A stretch of DNA of 63,166 bases, filler included, from Sphacelaria rigidula (GCA_964200075.2; 11 parts of 11 records of this genome joined end to end with filler, not necessarily neighbours in it); one strand, 5' to 3'. Shown: positions 49,006-62,880, counted from the whole stretch's first letter. Notes: generated by a model from the sequence alone, not told the origin. A program made the numbers and translations.

Positions 49006-50908
49006 CTGCTCGGTATAAATTTCGTGCGATTCCAGTCACATGTAGTAAAAAACACAGCGGACAGTGTCAAAAAAGGGGACGGTGGGATTGGCAACGGAAG
49101 ACAGGCTGGAGATGGTTGGTCGCTCGATGGCTACACGTGAACACGGAGAGATCACGCCAAACACGTATACGTGACATCATGAGGGATACTCCACGGAAAC
49201 GCGCTCCTCTTTATTCCTGAACTCTTCAGGGTACACAGAGGCCAGCCGTTTACCTTCCGAGGCAAAAGTGACGAGGGGTTGACTCGATGCCACTATTTCT
49301 GCTGCCAACCCGCGATATAGATGTGTTTCTCAATAGATACACGAGAACGGCACTTGGAACAGTCGCAAGGTTCCAGGAACTTGAAGAAATATGCTTCGTG
49401 TAAAGCGGCCACAAGCGGCAAGAAAGACATCTACACATGCCGGCCTTTACGTCTCCTATAATAGAGGTCCCACCTTTTTGTCGAAACCTTGCCCATCCTG
49501 GCCACCAGGTGTACATTTTGCATCAGCACAATAAACGCAAGCTATCATTTTGTCGAGAAACCAGAACGATCAGGAGCATCGAAGTCCCCGTCGCACGCAT
49601 GTGTCTTACAGGTCGAGTGACACCTTTTCTCTTGCCGTATGCAGTGAGCTCCAGAAGTGCATGCATATGTGCTTGGTCTTATTGTGTGTCTCAGATTGTG
49701 ACATGCGCTGCCTCGCGACCACCAAGCCATGCAGCAAATTGAAACCCAAAAGTTCTGCAAAGACGACTTGTACACACTCACACTCTCAGGCGGAAAGGCG
49801 CAAATCGACATTCGCATTTCATCTGATTTGGGGGGAAAGGGTAGCATCGCCGCGACTGAGACACACAGCGAAGTGATTTGGCGATGTGATATTCCGCGCT
49901 CCGACAAGATTCGGCTCATGACCACCGCAAATAGTCATCTCTCCGAATAACTACTGTACTGGATAAAACACCTGCGCAGCGAGTTGCCTGTTCACGACAA
50001 CGGTAAACAAATGTAAAGCAAGCACCGTTCTATAGACAACCACCGTACTGGACGAAAGCCCCCGCGAAGGTGGATACATGTAGACCATCAAGGCCGTGTG
50101 TTATCGAGAAAAGATGAGAAGACAGAAAAAAACAGTTTGCTGCCCCACCACGACCGCTTTGGATCCTGACGAGGAAACTCAAAACAGACTCTCTGGGCAA
50201 AGTAGCGGTGATTCTTTCCTCACCGGACGCAGTCGGGAACAGGCGACTGAAACACAGGATTGTAACACGTTACACCTACACAACCCAGCTCCACAGAACA
50301 CGCACAGGTACCCACAGCACAAGCGCATCACGCCTGGCGCTAGTTCTTGGTTATCTAAACACGATGCTGTTTGTTTCACGGCAATCCATTCGATATGGGA
50401 CCAGGGCCGGCTACGTGTGTGCAACCGAAGTTGTTCAAGATGGAGTCGTTGATCGATCCTTCAGGGGTGTGTTACACGGCACCCTTGTGACGGAAATCAT
50501 CGTGTCTTCTTCATTTTTTAACCGATGTTCTCCAAGACAAGAATGCCGTACTCAGTTGATCAGTAGCTACGGCTCGAGCTATCACTATTTATCCCGGTAC
50601 AGTAGTGAGATACAGAAGTTCGTGCTATGCCGCAAGTGTGTACCACAGCAAGGATTGTCGCGCCGCTGATTTATGTTGCCCTTCGTGACCAACAGCCCGA
50701 ACACGTCTTGGCTAATGACCTGGGTTATTCCATATAAAAACGAAGCACCGCTGCCTCGAACAAAAGCGTTCCCGCCACAAACAAAGGCCCGCCCCTTTTT
50801 TCCCTTGAAGGGGGAAATTATCGCACCGACCAATCAGCATGCTTATTTTCTCCCCCCTTTGTGGCTCCCTTTTATTTTTTCGTATCGACAAGCAGACAGG
50901 GTCTTCGG

Positions 50909-51080
50909 CCGTGTCTTGCCAACTTGTTTTTCGATCGAAAACGTGCGGCGGAAGAAAAATTGCCCGTGTAATATATTTTCTGAGATGGTTGAGAACATAA
51001 ATAACGTGAAGTCATCAGAAAAGAACGACTTCTTCCTCCGACGCACGTTTTCGATCAAAGGAAAAATTGAAACGACACGG
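50909..51080. mobile_element. ~170-bp MITE
   Basis: CCGTGTC...GATCGAAAACGTGCG.CGGA mirrors TCCGACGCACGTTTTCGATC...GACACGG. Confidence 0.6.
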
Positions 51081-51764
51081 TCTTAGTCATTCCGCCATTG
51101 ACCTCACATCCTTTTTGAGACGAAGGGGAGCTGCACCCATGACCTCACATGCCGCGTAGTCATCGACCATTGTCCTCGCATCCCTACAGAGCCGGAAGGA
51201 GTAAGCCGAGTTTTCACCAGACCAGCCTCGCAATCAATCACCTAGCGCAAAGCGCCGTGATGTCTTCGACAAGTCGCATGAAGGGTGAGCTGCATCCCGC
51301 TGAGGTTCTTCGACCCGAAATGTACCGATTTTTGTGTATTATATGGATGACAGCCTCCCATGAGTTGCTTCTTATCTAGTATCGCCAGTTGCGGAGACAG
51401 CCACGGGTTACACTGTCTCATAAGTGTCTTACCACTTGGACACTTCTTAGCACGATCATCCTCTTGGCACGGAGTTGCACAAAAACGCAATAAGCAAGGA
51501 AATACGGTATCCTGGTTGGTTACCTAACGCCGTGAGTGGGGTGTTTTACAACGTCGTTGCCAACCGATGTCAACCCTTCCAAGGGAACGAGACGGGGGGG
51601 TGTACTCATGATCATGCATGCCATAGTCATAAGACCATTGGCCTCGCATCCCTACAAAGCCGGGNNNNNNNNNNNNNNNNNNNNNNNNNNNNNNNNNNNN
51701 NNNNNNNNTTAATTAATTAANNNNNNNNNNNNNNNNNNNNNNNNNNNNNNNNNNNNNNNNNNNN

Positions 51765-52275
51765 AGTCCGCCATAAACCTTTCTGCTCCCTGTTCAACAC
51801 AGCTGTGCCACTCTACTGCATTCAAGGCTCTGGTAGTCCACCCCTGCCATTCGATACCGAACGCCTTCATGTCTTCCGCTAGGCAGCGGATTCAGTCCTT
51901 GCGCCTGCCGTTAAACTCTCTTTCTTGCCCCTTCACGGCTATAATTTCACCGAACATGACGTGTTTCGGTATCCGTCCGGGTGATATGCACGTGACGAAA
52001 CCGACAATGTGGAGTCTCCTCTTCCTCACTGTCGTCTCGATGCTTTCGCACCCTGTCCTCGCGAGGGTCTCTCGGTATGACAGAAGGTGGTCTGTGCGAT
52101 TGCGCTTGTGCCATCCAAGACAGCGCCTGAGCAACGCATGGTGGGCCGTGCGCAGTGTACTGTAGTGGCCGTTGAGAGGGGTCCATGTGACGCACCCGTA
52201 CAGGAGTGCTTCGACAGCCTCGGCTTTGATCATGCGGACCTTCAGGTGGACGGCCGCGTTCGGTCCATTGTACAT
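51765..52275 (-). mobile_element. RTE-clade LINE ORF2 fragment (post-RT region), degenerate
   Basis: LKVRMIKAEAVEALLYGCVTWT...LRTAHHALLRRCLGW...SIETTVRKRRL..GFV...RIPKHVMFGE is typical of RTE. Contains an in-frame stop. Confidence 0.88.
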
Positions 52276-53904
52276 TTGGACTTTGTACTTACTGTGCAGT
52301 GCATTTAGCGCAGCGCGGAACGCGCTATAGTCACTCCCTGGCGAAGTTTCATGTCCTCCCGACAACATGTATTACGGATACATACTTGACTCGAGAAAAC
52401 CTGATGAATAGGGACCGTGTTTCATACCCCCTTCCGCGACTCATTACAAAGTTTAATAAACAATGCTTTGCTGCTGTGTTCGTCCTTGCGATAACTGCAG
52501 CCAAACTAATTGCGCTGTACTTGCCAGTCCTACTCTCCTTCCAGATCTACATGGTGCTATACGAGCTGGGCCGGCCATAATCACAACACGTGGGCACACC
52601 ATAAATTCTTCAGTTTTCCGAGTCAACCCGGTCTAAGCATATCGCAGCGAACTGCCGACCTACAGTAGTGGGCGTCTGACTATTCAGGAGTGTTTGAGGT
52701 TTTCATCGTGTACCACTTTTCGATAGAACTCCAAATTGCTAGCGTCGGTAGATTTCGGCCCAATGAACAGATCACCCTCGAAACACAGTGCCCAAGTCAG
52801 TGTTCGTTGGTGTTGTCGAGCGACATGAGTAAATACCCCGCTTATCAGGAGGGTGTTATTGACCGTGAAACACAGTTTTTCGGCTCTAGTGCAATGAGTA
52901 GGTAAAATTTCAAAAATAAAACTGTACATTTCTTCACAAGTATGATCGGGACAGTCACGATCGACTGAAAATACCGAAGAGTAAGAATCTGAGCTGAAAC
53001 GTGGCAGGACTCCCGATAACCGGGAAGCCCATAAGTCACTCAATATTTAGGACATGTGGTTTTTTGTTGTTGTAATGTGGAGCGGATACAAATATCTTCA
53101 GATGCCGAATGTATTGAGCGGTGGCAAGCGAAAAGAGCCCAAGAAAACCGCCAATTACGAAAAAGCACGAAATGCGACAAAATGAGTAGTTAGTCGGCCC
53201 GCTACTGTATCTGGTAGTGAGTCCGCTACAGCTCGATTGGCGCAGTCCTGGCGATGACGTTACTGAACTACATTGAGTACAGGATATGTCTCATATCATG
53301 TCGTGATAGCGTGTCTAGAGACGTTTTTTTCTTCAAAACGCGACGGAATCATGATGGACAACTTCGCTGCACGAGCATATGGCAACCCGGTATGCACAGT
53401 CAAAAGCGCACTGGGAATGCTGCGAGATGGCGTCAAGCTTGCCAACATCTCGGTACGAGCACAGGCACAAGTATCCAACTCGGACTGGGGTGCAACACTT
53501 TTCCTCGACCCAATCCCTGGTGATGATCGCTCCTTCTCACAATTGGGTGAAAAATCTGCTAGATCATGAGGGCAAAAATGGTCGTGTAGGGATTCGAACT
53601 CGTGACCTGTGTAACTGGAGGCTTGTATATCAGTTGGACCATCGAGGTGCAGCTGTGTCACACAATACGGTCCACGCGCGGCACAGTTGACGAGTTTTTG
53701 ACGAAGTCACATCATGGTCTTCTCTGCGTCAGTACAAGATTCGTGTTTCGGGATACGGCCATTTTTTGTTTTTTTTTATGGAGTCATGAGATTTTCTAGT
53801 TTTACATAATAGGCCCGCTCGTACTTGACCGTGACGACACTACCGCTGCTCGCCGTTTGTACGCATGTTCCACTGATCCCCACTTCAGCCTAGCAGCTTC
53901 ATCA

Positions 53905-55011
53905 ATGTCGGGGGTACTGCCGCCGACGGCGCCGCCGGAGAAGGACCAGCAGCAGGCACCTGTGAGTGATGTACCTGATGATGTGTACGAGGTGATCATA
54001 ACTGCGATGGGGACGCTGGAGGAGCAAGCAGTGGGTGGCGTGTCCGCAGCAGGTCCTGTGCGGGTCATTCAGGGGCCGCGCACGAACGAAAGTCCGGCGG
54101 ATGGAGTTTTTGGGTTCCTCTCCGTCGACACGCTCAACGTCCCGCTCGTTTCGACCTCGAGGACCTCGAGGGTAAGTCCGGGTGTATACTGTGTGCGCAT
54201 CCCGGGCAAGGAGTTCCTGCTTACGCTAGACCCGCGTACCGAGCCTGCGATTGTTGAGGGCATGGAGCAGGTGCTGCAGTGGTTTACGGCCTTCGAGGGC
54301 GACACACCTGCTCCTGGCGACGTCACCGAGAAAGGTCAAAGGCAGCTGCGGCCGGCCGGTGCCGATGGCGCCGCACAGCCGGCAGGCGTGACGGGCGCGA
54401 TCGATCGCGCAGGCTTGGCTACTGCGGCGATGGTGATGCGGGCGGGCAAAAAACTACATGAGAGTCTGGACCGACGGGTGGAGGCATCGCTGGCTGGGCA
54501 GGCGAACAAGCCAGCTAAGAACGTCAAGCTGGGTGGTGCGCCGACAGCGGCAGTGTTAACCTCAGCGCGCAAGGTCGCCGACGCTGGCGCCGGTGCCGCC
54601 GCGACCGTCGTCGACAAGCTGTCATCTGCTATCGGGAACAAAGTAGCGAACAGCAGTGCGATGTCGAGCGCGCGCGCAGCGCCCGAGGGATCGATGAAAA
54701 AGCAGACACACGACCTACTCGTCGCCGGCGCGGTGGCGGTCGCCCGCGTGTATGTGGCGGCGGACGACCAGGCTAAAACTTTATTTACAGCTGCGGGTGA
54801 TGGAGCGGGGCGGATCGCGGGCGCCAAGTACGGGGCGGAGGCAGAGCACGCGGCGCGGTCTGTGGGTGGGATTGGTGTGGACGGTTATCGCATTTTCCGT
54901 TTCCCCGAAAAACTCGGCGTGTCGCTGCTGGTGAAGGGCGTGGCCAAGGGCGTGGCGCCCCCGCCCGGGACCGTTGCCCCACCGGCTGTGCCCCCATCTC
55001 AATCTAGCTAA
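53905..55011 (+). CDS. Spartin/senescence-domain (ERD7-like) protein, intronless, 368 aa
   Basis: Longest ORF in the window, GC-rich, with ATG at 53905. The C-terminal VYVAADDQAKTLFTAAGDGAGRIAGAKYGAEAEHAA...KLGVSLLVKGVAKG fits the senescence domain (KYG.EA motif). Confidence 0.8.
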   Translation: MSGVLPPTAPPEKDQQQAPVSDVPDDVYEVIITAMGTLEEQAVGGVSAAGPVRVIQGPRTNESPADGVFGFLSVDTLNVPLVSTSRTSRVSPGVYCVRIPGKEFLLTLDPRTEPAIVEGMEQVLQWFTAFEGDTPAPGDVTEKGQRQLRPAGADGAAQPAGVTGAIDRAGLATAAMVMRAGKKLHESLDRRVEASLAGQANKPAKNVKLGGAPTAAVLTSARKVADAGAGAAATVVDKLSSAIGNKVANSSAMSSARAAPEGSMKKQTHDLLVAGAVAVARVYVAADDQAKTLFTAAGDGAGRIAGAKYGAEAEHAARSVGGIGVDGYRIFRFPEKLGVSLLVKGVAKGVAPPPGTVAPPAVPPSQSS

Positions 55012-58000
55012 CGTTTCCCAAGGTGGAGGTGGGATGGGGGCGTGCTGTTTGCTCGTATGAGGTTTGAAAAGGTTTAGGCCAGTGCGTCGGTGGTGTGGCC
55101 TAGGTGGCTCTCACAACTGGCTCTAGGAAATCAGTCTCTGCGACCACGAATCGTCGGATTGTCATCGCCGGCCTCTCTGCAAAGGCTGGCGTTTTGTATT
55201 TCATCAGCCGTCCAACTGTCAGGATGACGTGGCCGGCTCGCCATGGCTGCTGCAAGATGAAAACCCAGCCCCGAATAGTTCGAGCGGAATAGGACTACGC
55301 TGACGCAGGAATACATCGGGATCCCGAGTTCAACAAACTGGGTTCAAATATCAGCCGTCACAATGGGACGGCAGTAATGTGGCGTCCATCTCCGTGCAAT
55401 CCGTATGTTCGAATAGACCGTCTATACGACGGACCTTTGCTTTCCTAATGTTTTGTGCTGAAAACTAGATGCCGAAACGTTGCGCGGGAGGGGAGTGGCG
55501 GTGTACGAGCGCTCTGGTACCCTTGATTTTACACTTACACCAGAGTTGCACCCGGGGGAATGCAGCCTGTCTGGGTGCTAAAAAATGATGCTGTCGAGGG
55601 TCTGCCTGCGTCGTAACATCGTCGTTTCACAACCGTGGAATGCTTCGAGTGTTGAACTAAGGCTAATCAATATGTGGCAGCTATGTGACATATTGAAAAA
55701 CTTGAGAGGTTTGAGGTTGGCGAACAAAACCAATAGCCGAGATTGGGAAGCGCATGAAAGATGCGGCATGCTCAAGTTGTTGTATGCAAAATGCTACCCT
55801 ACTGTGCTGTGTGTGTGTCCTTGTTTGTTTTGTCCTGTTTTGCTTCTTGTGTTTCAGTTCACTCTGTTCTGTATTGATCTTTGCTTCCGCCCCTTCTCGG
55901 GCTTCCCTCAGCGAGTGTTTTCATTTCCATTTACCTTAGATACGTATATGTTGTGACCACGGCTGGACTCTTGGGACGTGAGCTAATGTGCGACAATCGA
56001 GCGATCAACCAATCGAGAATAGAGGTTTGATGAGCTTCAAGGTGCCGACGAGCATGTTGAAACCCTCGTGAATGCACCTGTCTGTGTGAACCGGGTGAAG
56101 GGAAGCATAGGTGTTGCTGACCCCGGGGTATAAGATTACACCACTAACGGTTGTCAAAACTTGTACTTGACGTATTGCAAGTGGTGTGTTGTCTGCGTAC
56201 GCATGTACTATCCAGGTATTACTGCGATAGAGTATCAATGCAGAGGATATCAGACAGGGACAATGCCGTAGACAAGAAGGTGGTGTGGAAGGGGCTGTGG
56301 ACTTCTGTCCCGCGATTCGTTGACAGCTCTGTTATAGTCAGCATTGATGACGTGTGCCTCAAGAAAGCACGTGAGCGTAGCTTGTGTCAGTACGGGGTTG
56401 AGATATACGACTACTGGAATAAAAAAAGGATTCTGGCTCGGAAAATACCGTGACACTTTGTGTGGAACTAATGAATTTCCTCAAGAGCATATGAACTGAC
56501 AATCTCTATCCAAATGGAGGAAGGTGTTGTAATGCGTGGGAGGACCGCGTGCTTAGAGGACAGCATCGGAGTTTGGACGCCCCTATGGTTAGGGTTGAGG
56601 TTAATGTTTGGGTCAGGAGAGCGGTCCCCGTGAGGGCTGGCCCGATTGGTTTTGAAAAACGTCGATCCTGGGGTGTCTTGAAGTACGATGTGTCCATGTA
56701 AGCACGCGGTCCTCCCACACATTACAGGTGTGCTGGCGCAACCAAGATATGGCTGTCAAAGGGTGCAGATTCAGGCCCGGTAAGAGATCGTGATGGACCA
56801 CGTTTTGAATGTTTGATGACTTTGTTTCAACACACTCCGAGACTCACAGGAGTGAAACATTCGTCATTGTTGAGGATGAATAATACATTGTTGGTCCAGT
56901 CGGATGACGCATTAGGCGTATGGTGTGCGGCAGGAGAGGGTATAGTAGCCATCCCCAACTGGGTATCTCCGGGTCATGCTGTGATGGGGGGTGTTTGATT
57001 TCTACGAAGAAAGGGCACAAAGGTGTGGCAGACGATCTAGCACACTCGCGGGGCGCTTGTATTTGGGTGAAAGCGGTGTCGAGTAGTATGAATGAGCGTT
57101 TTTTGTAGGTGACAAGCGCGTTCGAAGAACCGTTGCAGCTGTCAGCAAAGATTTGAAGTGGAATTTCGTGGAAGAAATGGCCCAAAATACCGCCCCCCAT
57201 CCCACTGTAGGTAGCATGACTCCCGTCGAATTTGAAAAGAGGAGCATTGAAAATATTCACATACCCAGGGATGAGATGAACTCACCATACGCCCTCCCGG
57301 AAGATACCAACGCAGTCCCTGGTAGGAACACGGGATCTTGAAAATTGGGGATGGATCTTTTACTAACAGCCGATCCTAATTCTTGGGGTTGAAACATGAA
57401 ATGAGGTTGAAGTCCNNNNNNNNNNNNNNNNNNNNNNNNNNNNNNNNNNNNNNNNNNNNTTAATTAATTAANNNNNNNNNNNNNNNNNNNNNNNNNNNNN
57501 NNNNNNNNNNNNNNNCATGGTCATAAGACCATTGACCTCGCATCCCTAGGAAGCCGGAACGGAGCACGCCGGGTTTTCGCCGGATCAGGCTCGCAGTCAA
57601 TCACCAAGCGCGAGGCGCCGTGGTGTATCCGGCGAGTCGCATGAAGGGTGAGCTGCATCCTGGGTGGATGGGGGGGGGGGAGGCGGGTGGCGCCGTCTCG
57701 AGGCACTTGTTCTGCTTTTTGCACATCAGATCCACTTGCATGCGCCGATGCACGCAGATACTTTTCATCCAAGTGCTCCTACCACCGGCACAATGCACGT
57801 ATTCACACCGCTTGACAAAAGTATTGCCTTTATTTCCCCGCATACAAACCCCGTAACGAGCGTGTGACGTTTGTGTAACACATGCCCCCGTGCAATCGGG
57901 TTTTGTGTTCAATGAAACGCTCCCGCTTCTACAATCGTAGGATCGCTTGGAGGGCCTTGACGACAGGTCGTAGGCTCTGCAGAGGAGCAGCGATCAACTT

Positions 58001-58840
58001 GTTGGCGGTGGGAACTCCCCCGCACCGGGGGATGGACCGAGGGTGCAGGGGAGGGGGGGGGTACTCATGATCATGCATACCATAGTCATAAGACCATTGG
58101 GGGGGGGGAATATCGGGGACCGTGCTACAGACGTCACGGAGAATCATGCTACGGTACCTGTAGGGGTGGCACATGTGGGCCCAGAGTTTTCTCATTCAGA
58201 GACCCCTAACGTTAGGAGCCACACAAGAGTACGGGTGGGGACATTCCCATTTTTAGATTCGTTCGGGATATCTCTAGCCCACGGGAATGCTAATGGTGGC
58301 GTGCTCTCAACCATGTTATTAGCCGTTTTTCTGATCAGATGGCGGGCATCTAACAATTCCGAACTCGGGAAACATTTTGGCACCCCTCCTACCGTAGTAC
58401 CGCTCCCGAGGAGAATGCAACGAGCAGTCAAGCGTCGAGTTTTCCGACCATAGCAGTTCCTGGAACAACTGCTGCTTGGTGGGAAACTAACTGCACGGGT
58501 ATTTAGGGTTGGTCTCGGTTATTATTATTATTTTTATTTCATTCCTTGTTGGACTTTGAACTCCTCCCCTTCTTCCTCGGGACGAGTCTATGGTCTCGAG
58601 GGATCAACCCACTCGGGATATGGAGATCAACGGGTACTATATGTTCGCGGTTGGAGTGTGTGGCTGCCTGTTGGGTTCAAGTGTGGCAGTTCCGATTCCG
58701 AGTTTCCCGTCTCGAGGTGTACTTTTCTCACGTACGCGAAGCAGTGTGGGCTTTCCGACGCTTGACCACCTTGAATATCGGGATAGACATAACACCCATG
58801 GTTGAGCGAGAGTATACTGCTGACCAATTGAAGAGAGCGC

Positions 58841-59302
58841 AGGCCGCTTCTTGTGGCAAAAAAACAGACAAAATCCTGAAAAACTGCTGTGTTGGTCCTT
58901 CTGCGTCGCTTTGCGCCTTACTAGAGCGCTAGGCAGACCGGACACCTTGGAATGGCTTGCTCTACAGACGGTTCCAGGACACCATTGCGTTTTTCGGTGA
59001 CCACAGCTTTTGTTTTCCTTGCCAAGCTTGCCAAGAACGATAAAAAAAGTGTTCAAGTCAGGGAAAAAGCGGCAGTTTTCCTGGACTTGGCTGTCCCTGG
59101 ACGAAAATGCAAGTTTGGGCAAAAGGAAAAGCTGCGGCCACCGGAAAACGCAGCGGTGTCTTGACACCGCCTCAACGAGTACGGCAAGTCATTCCATGGT
59201 GTCAAAATCTGTCTAGCCCTCTTTTAGGACGCAAAACGACGCAGAAGGACCAAAAAGGCAGTTTTGCAGGATATTTTGTTTGTTTGCCGCAAGAAGCGGC
59301 CT
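58841..59302. mobile_element. Foldback MITE, ~460 bp
   Basis: AGGCCGCTTCTTGTGGCAAA... / ...TTTGCCGCAAGAAGCGGCCT, with ~190-bp mirrored arms. Confidence 0.75.
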
Positions 59303-60699
59303 CGGGCAGCCTGGGGTATGTGTACGAGTGGGTTGACAGCAATGACGTCTGGGCTACGGTCCATAACACCGAGTCACTTAGAAAGGCGTGGTGATGCCTT
59401 GATTATGACGTTTCCTGCCCCGTGAATCGTTCGTCGATCGATCTGTACGAGCACATGCTCTCCAATTTTGCTGATGAAGGATAGGGTGCAGCCCCATGTG
59501 TTTTTCTCAGGGGTCATAAAGTTTCTTGGGGTACTACTCCTTGCAAGGAGGAAAAGAGGAGGAAAAAGTAGGTGTGCGCTCAATGGCGCTGACTGGTCTA
59601 AGGCCTTAATACAACAGTGCTCGAGAGAGAGAGCGTATGAGTATTCTCGTCCACTCAGACACTAAGCAATTGAAAACCTAGTGCGGACAACGACCCAGAG
59701 TTGTCTGTTTTAGGCAAGGTTAGCTGAGGTCGAAAAACGCGGCAACAACACTTACGATCAACTACTTCCAGAAAAATAGCGGCCGAATCGGAAAGTCGCT
59801 ATTTCGTGTCCAGGTCTTTCCGTGAAGACTGGTGCGGTGAAACTGTCCCTTCTTTTTCCCTTGATGGATTCCTCAACACTTATGAAGGATCTTGCGCCGG
59901 TGAATTTTACTGTCGCTGGTTTTGGAGGTGACAGGCGTCATGCGTCTTTAAGGAGTATCTGGCCGCGATAGATACGAGCGAATGCGTGGCTGAGCTGCAG
60001 AAGGTCACTATACGATGCAAATTTCGGATATCGCCAGCTTCTTCCCGGTGCAGAATTCGACGGCGAAAGTTGGGTCATTCAAGGAGGTTCGAACGGCGTG
60101 GTAACCATGTTCAACGGACGCGTGAAATTTTGAAACCAGGGCGGTATCGGTATGTTAAATTGTTGTGACAAATCGGCTCAGGCGCTTTTGTGTTGCCTGT
60201 GCCGATGCTCCCCCGTATCTCGAGCGTGGACATCAGCCCTTCTTACTGTGTGGGTGGGCATGCAAGTGGGCAAATGTGGAATCCACGTGCTGGGTACCAA
60301 GGTTTCATACTCGAAGAAATATGTACCCCGTATATTTACTCTTTACTAGGCTGTCGGTAGAGGCCGAATGAAGATAGATGTTTTTTTATCGGTCTAGAAA
60401 GCCACAACAATGTAACCCCTGTAAGGAGGAGACATCTGCCCCATGGTAATCAAGGATGATTAACGCAGACGGTCTCTGCTGTGCATTGTACACAGATATA
60501 TGTGATTGCGATATGGCTTTCAAGTGTATTCTCGCGGATGTTTCAGCTGGCGCCCCCCCCCTAAGTAGTGCCGATAGTAAGATCTAATGGTGCTCGAACA
60601 TATTTTCTCGGGATTCTGCGGGGATCAGCGAGTGTGTGATGGATAATTGATTGAGCAAGAAACATCTCAAAGTCCTCTGTTCTAAGTCGCTTCAGAGCT

Positions 60700-62880
60700 T
60701 GATCCGACTACCATCTAGACGACGGCAACGAGGAGGATCAAAGGAAATTTTTTGTCCTGCCACGATCAGCTACGAAACGCTCTGGACCGGGGCAACACGC
60801 TTGGCATACCTCGCGCTCAACTACACGGCTTCTACTACCAAGCCGAACAACAAATTGCCAGAAACGACACGGGTTTCGGACGGCGAAGCCAGCCCGGCGG
60901 TACCCCTTCGTCAAACCACCTTACTCCCGATGGAAGCGAGCGCCGAAACTGCTGCTCAAATCCGAGAGTAGTTTTTTACCTCTGGCCTTGACGGTACCGC
61001 CCACGGAATTCCTGCTGCTCTGCTGACGCGGGGAGGGCAAATCACCGTGATCGAGACGTCACCTCGGGGGCATAGTCACTGCGATCTCTCCCACCGTGTA
61101 GCCCTTGTCCACGGGGGAAGCAGCAGCGGGAGGGGGAGGAGTGTACTCATGATATTGCAGGCTATGGTCATATGACCATTGACCTTGCATCCCTACAATG
61201 CCGGGACGGAGCACGCCGGGTTTTCACCGGACCAGGCTCGCAATCAGCAACCAAGCGCAAAGCACCGTGATGTGTTCGGCGATTCGCATAAAGGGTGAGC
61301 TGCGTCCCGCTGAGATTATTCAGCCCGAAGTGTACGGATTATCTTCTATTTTGATGATAGCCTTCAATGAATTGCTTCATTTTCTGGTATCGTCACTTTC
61401 AGAGAAAGCCACGGCTTCCACACTGCCTCATGAGTGTCTCATCACATGAAACACTGCGTAGTATGATCAAACCCTTTACGCGGAATTGAGATTCTCCACT
61501 CCGCACAATATGATCTATCTCGACCACCATCATGGTTACCGCACAAAAAAGCGCGAGCGGAAAACCCTGTAAACTAGTCGTCTAGCTTACGCAGTGAGTG
61601 GCGTGTTTCACAGCGTCGCTGCCAATCGACGCTAACCCTCAAAAGTAAAACAGTAGCGGGCGGGGGGGGGGGGAAGAAGCCTGCGAAGATTAACCGGTGG
61701 AGGTGTGGCCGCTAATGGGGAAGGGGATCTCCCACGTGCAGCTGCCGACTTTGGCAGTGGAGACCAGTCAGCCACAGGTGGGGGTGGTGAATACAAGTCA
61801 AGGACCTAAGGCGAAAGGAATGAGACCGGGTGAGTTCGATGTATCATTGCCGCTCTAAATCCCATGATCGACAGAGGCATCATCCAGCAGCGAATCGGCA
61901 CCTGCAACACCGTCCAACAACAGCGGTACCAACAGCGAAGCCGCATCCAATCGCGGCGACCTGCTTATGCGAGCTTGTAACGTTCCGAGACCTCTAGCAG
62001 CGCACGGTGCAGTGTCGCACGAAGTAAAACAAATAAAGAAGAGAAAATCTTGAGCAGTATATAGGTGCAGACGCGGGCGCTGAATCGGTCGCGAGCGACC
62101 GGTCTGTTGACCACGCTAGAACCTCATCACCTGGGATCAAGCCCTGCTCGTGCTTATTGCTGGGCGAGAAAGAATAAAGAAAACGAGCGAGATTCCTGCA
62201 CGACGTGCCAAGGACGCCGGGTCATAGCCGACAATGTACGTCGAAGCCTACGCCTCTGCACATGCTGACGCCTGGGATGGGGCTACGTCTTTGCAAGTCG
62301 AAGCGTAGCTGGTAGCAAGGATGTTTGCTTTGGGCGGGGTCTATTCCTGAGGCCGGGAATCAAGTGAACGCTTGGTGGATTTCAAACTGAAAATATTGAC
62401 GCCCACGATAGGGAAGGCTAGGCTTGCTGAAAAATGACTTGGTCAACGATGTGAAATTGGTTGTCTTGGATTATTCTTGCGCACTGTGAAATACTGCGAC
62501 AATCCGTCTGCTTCTAGCGCTACCGACTACCACTGGATAGGATCTGAGCCATTTCAATGTGGAACAGGTGTTCGTGCAGTCAGATCTGGATTTCGAAATG
62601 CTCACGAGGTCTCCCCCCCGGCTGCGGATCGATGTCGGGCAAGATCGTCCCTCTCAACGGTATTTGCACGATTTTCTGGCAAGCCGCTGGAGTCTTCGAT
62701 GAGCTGCTAAGGTCGAGGTTGGTAGAGATCGGCTTCGAGTAGTGCCTGCCAGATGCCTGCTTACTGCGCACACATGTAGATGGTAACTTCGTGGGAGCGG
62801 TGGTAGTGCACGTGAACAACAGCATTTTGGGGGTGGCAGCAGGTAGGCAAGGATTTGGTCGAAGCTCTAAATGGCATTCA
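60700..62880 (+). mobile_element. Degenerate Ty1/Copia pol (integrase C-terminus and RT), interrupted by a family A SINE
   Basis: LW.GA...AYLALNYTAS..KPNNKLP and KLLLKSES...LTRGGQI...RDVT (integrase region). KARL, DLSHFNVEQVFVQSDLDFEM, LPPGCGSMSGKIV.LN, LVEIGFE*CLPDACLLR and VVVHVNN (RT). Contains frameshifts and stops. Confidence 0.8.
61128..61638 (-). mobile_element. Family A SINE-like element, near full length
   Basis: Same head, body and tail as 15560-16064. Confidence 0.8.

Larger units (their letters stand above)
5653..57515. other. Ten artificial 100-bp scaffold spacers (N44-TTAATTAATTAA-N44) at 5653, 11405, 17157, 22909, 28661, 34412, 40163, 45914, 51665 and 57416
   Basis: The spacers are identical and carry a six-frame-stop motif. 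The segments between them are exactly 5652 bp (first five) or 5651 bp (last six), i.e. size-sorted scaffolds. Confidence 0.98.

Noticed and set aside
54069..55002. Antisense ORFs over the senescence-domain gene
   Set aside because: They are shadow ORFs of GC-rich coding sequence.
59860..60370. Possible second Copia RT/RNase H relic (KDLAPV, ACADA, LSVEAE)
   Set aside because: The motifs are too degenerate to support without an alignment.
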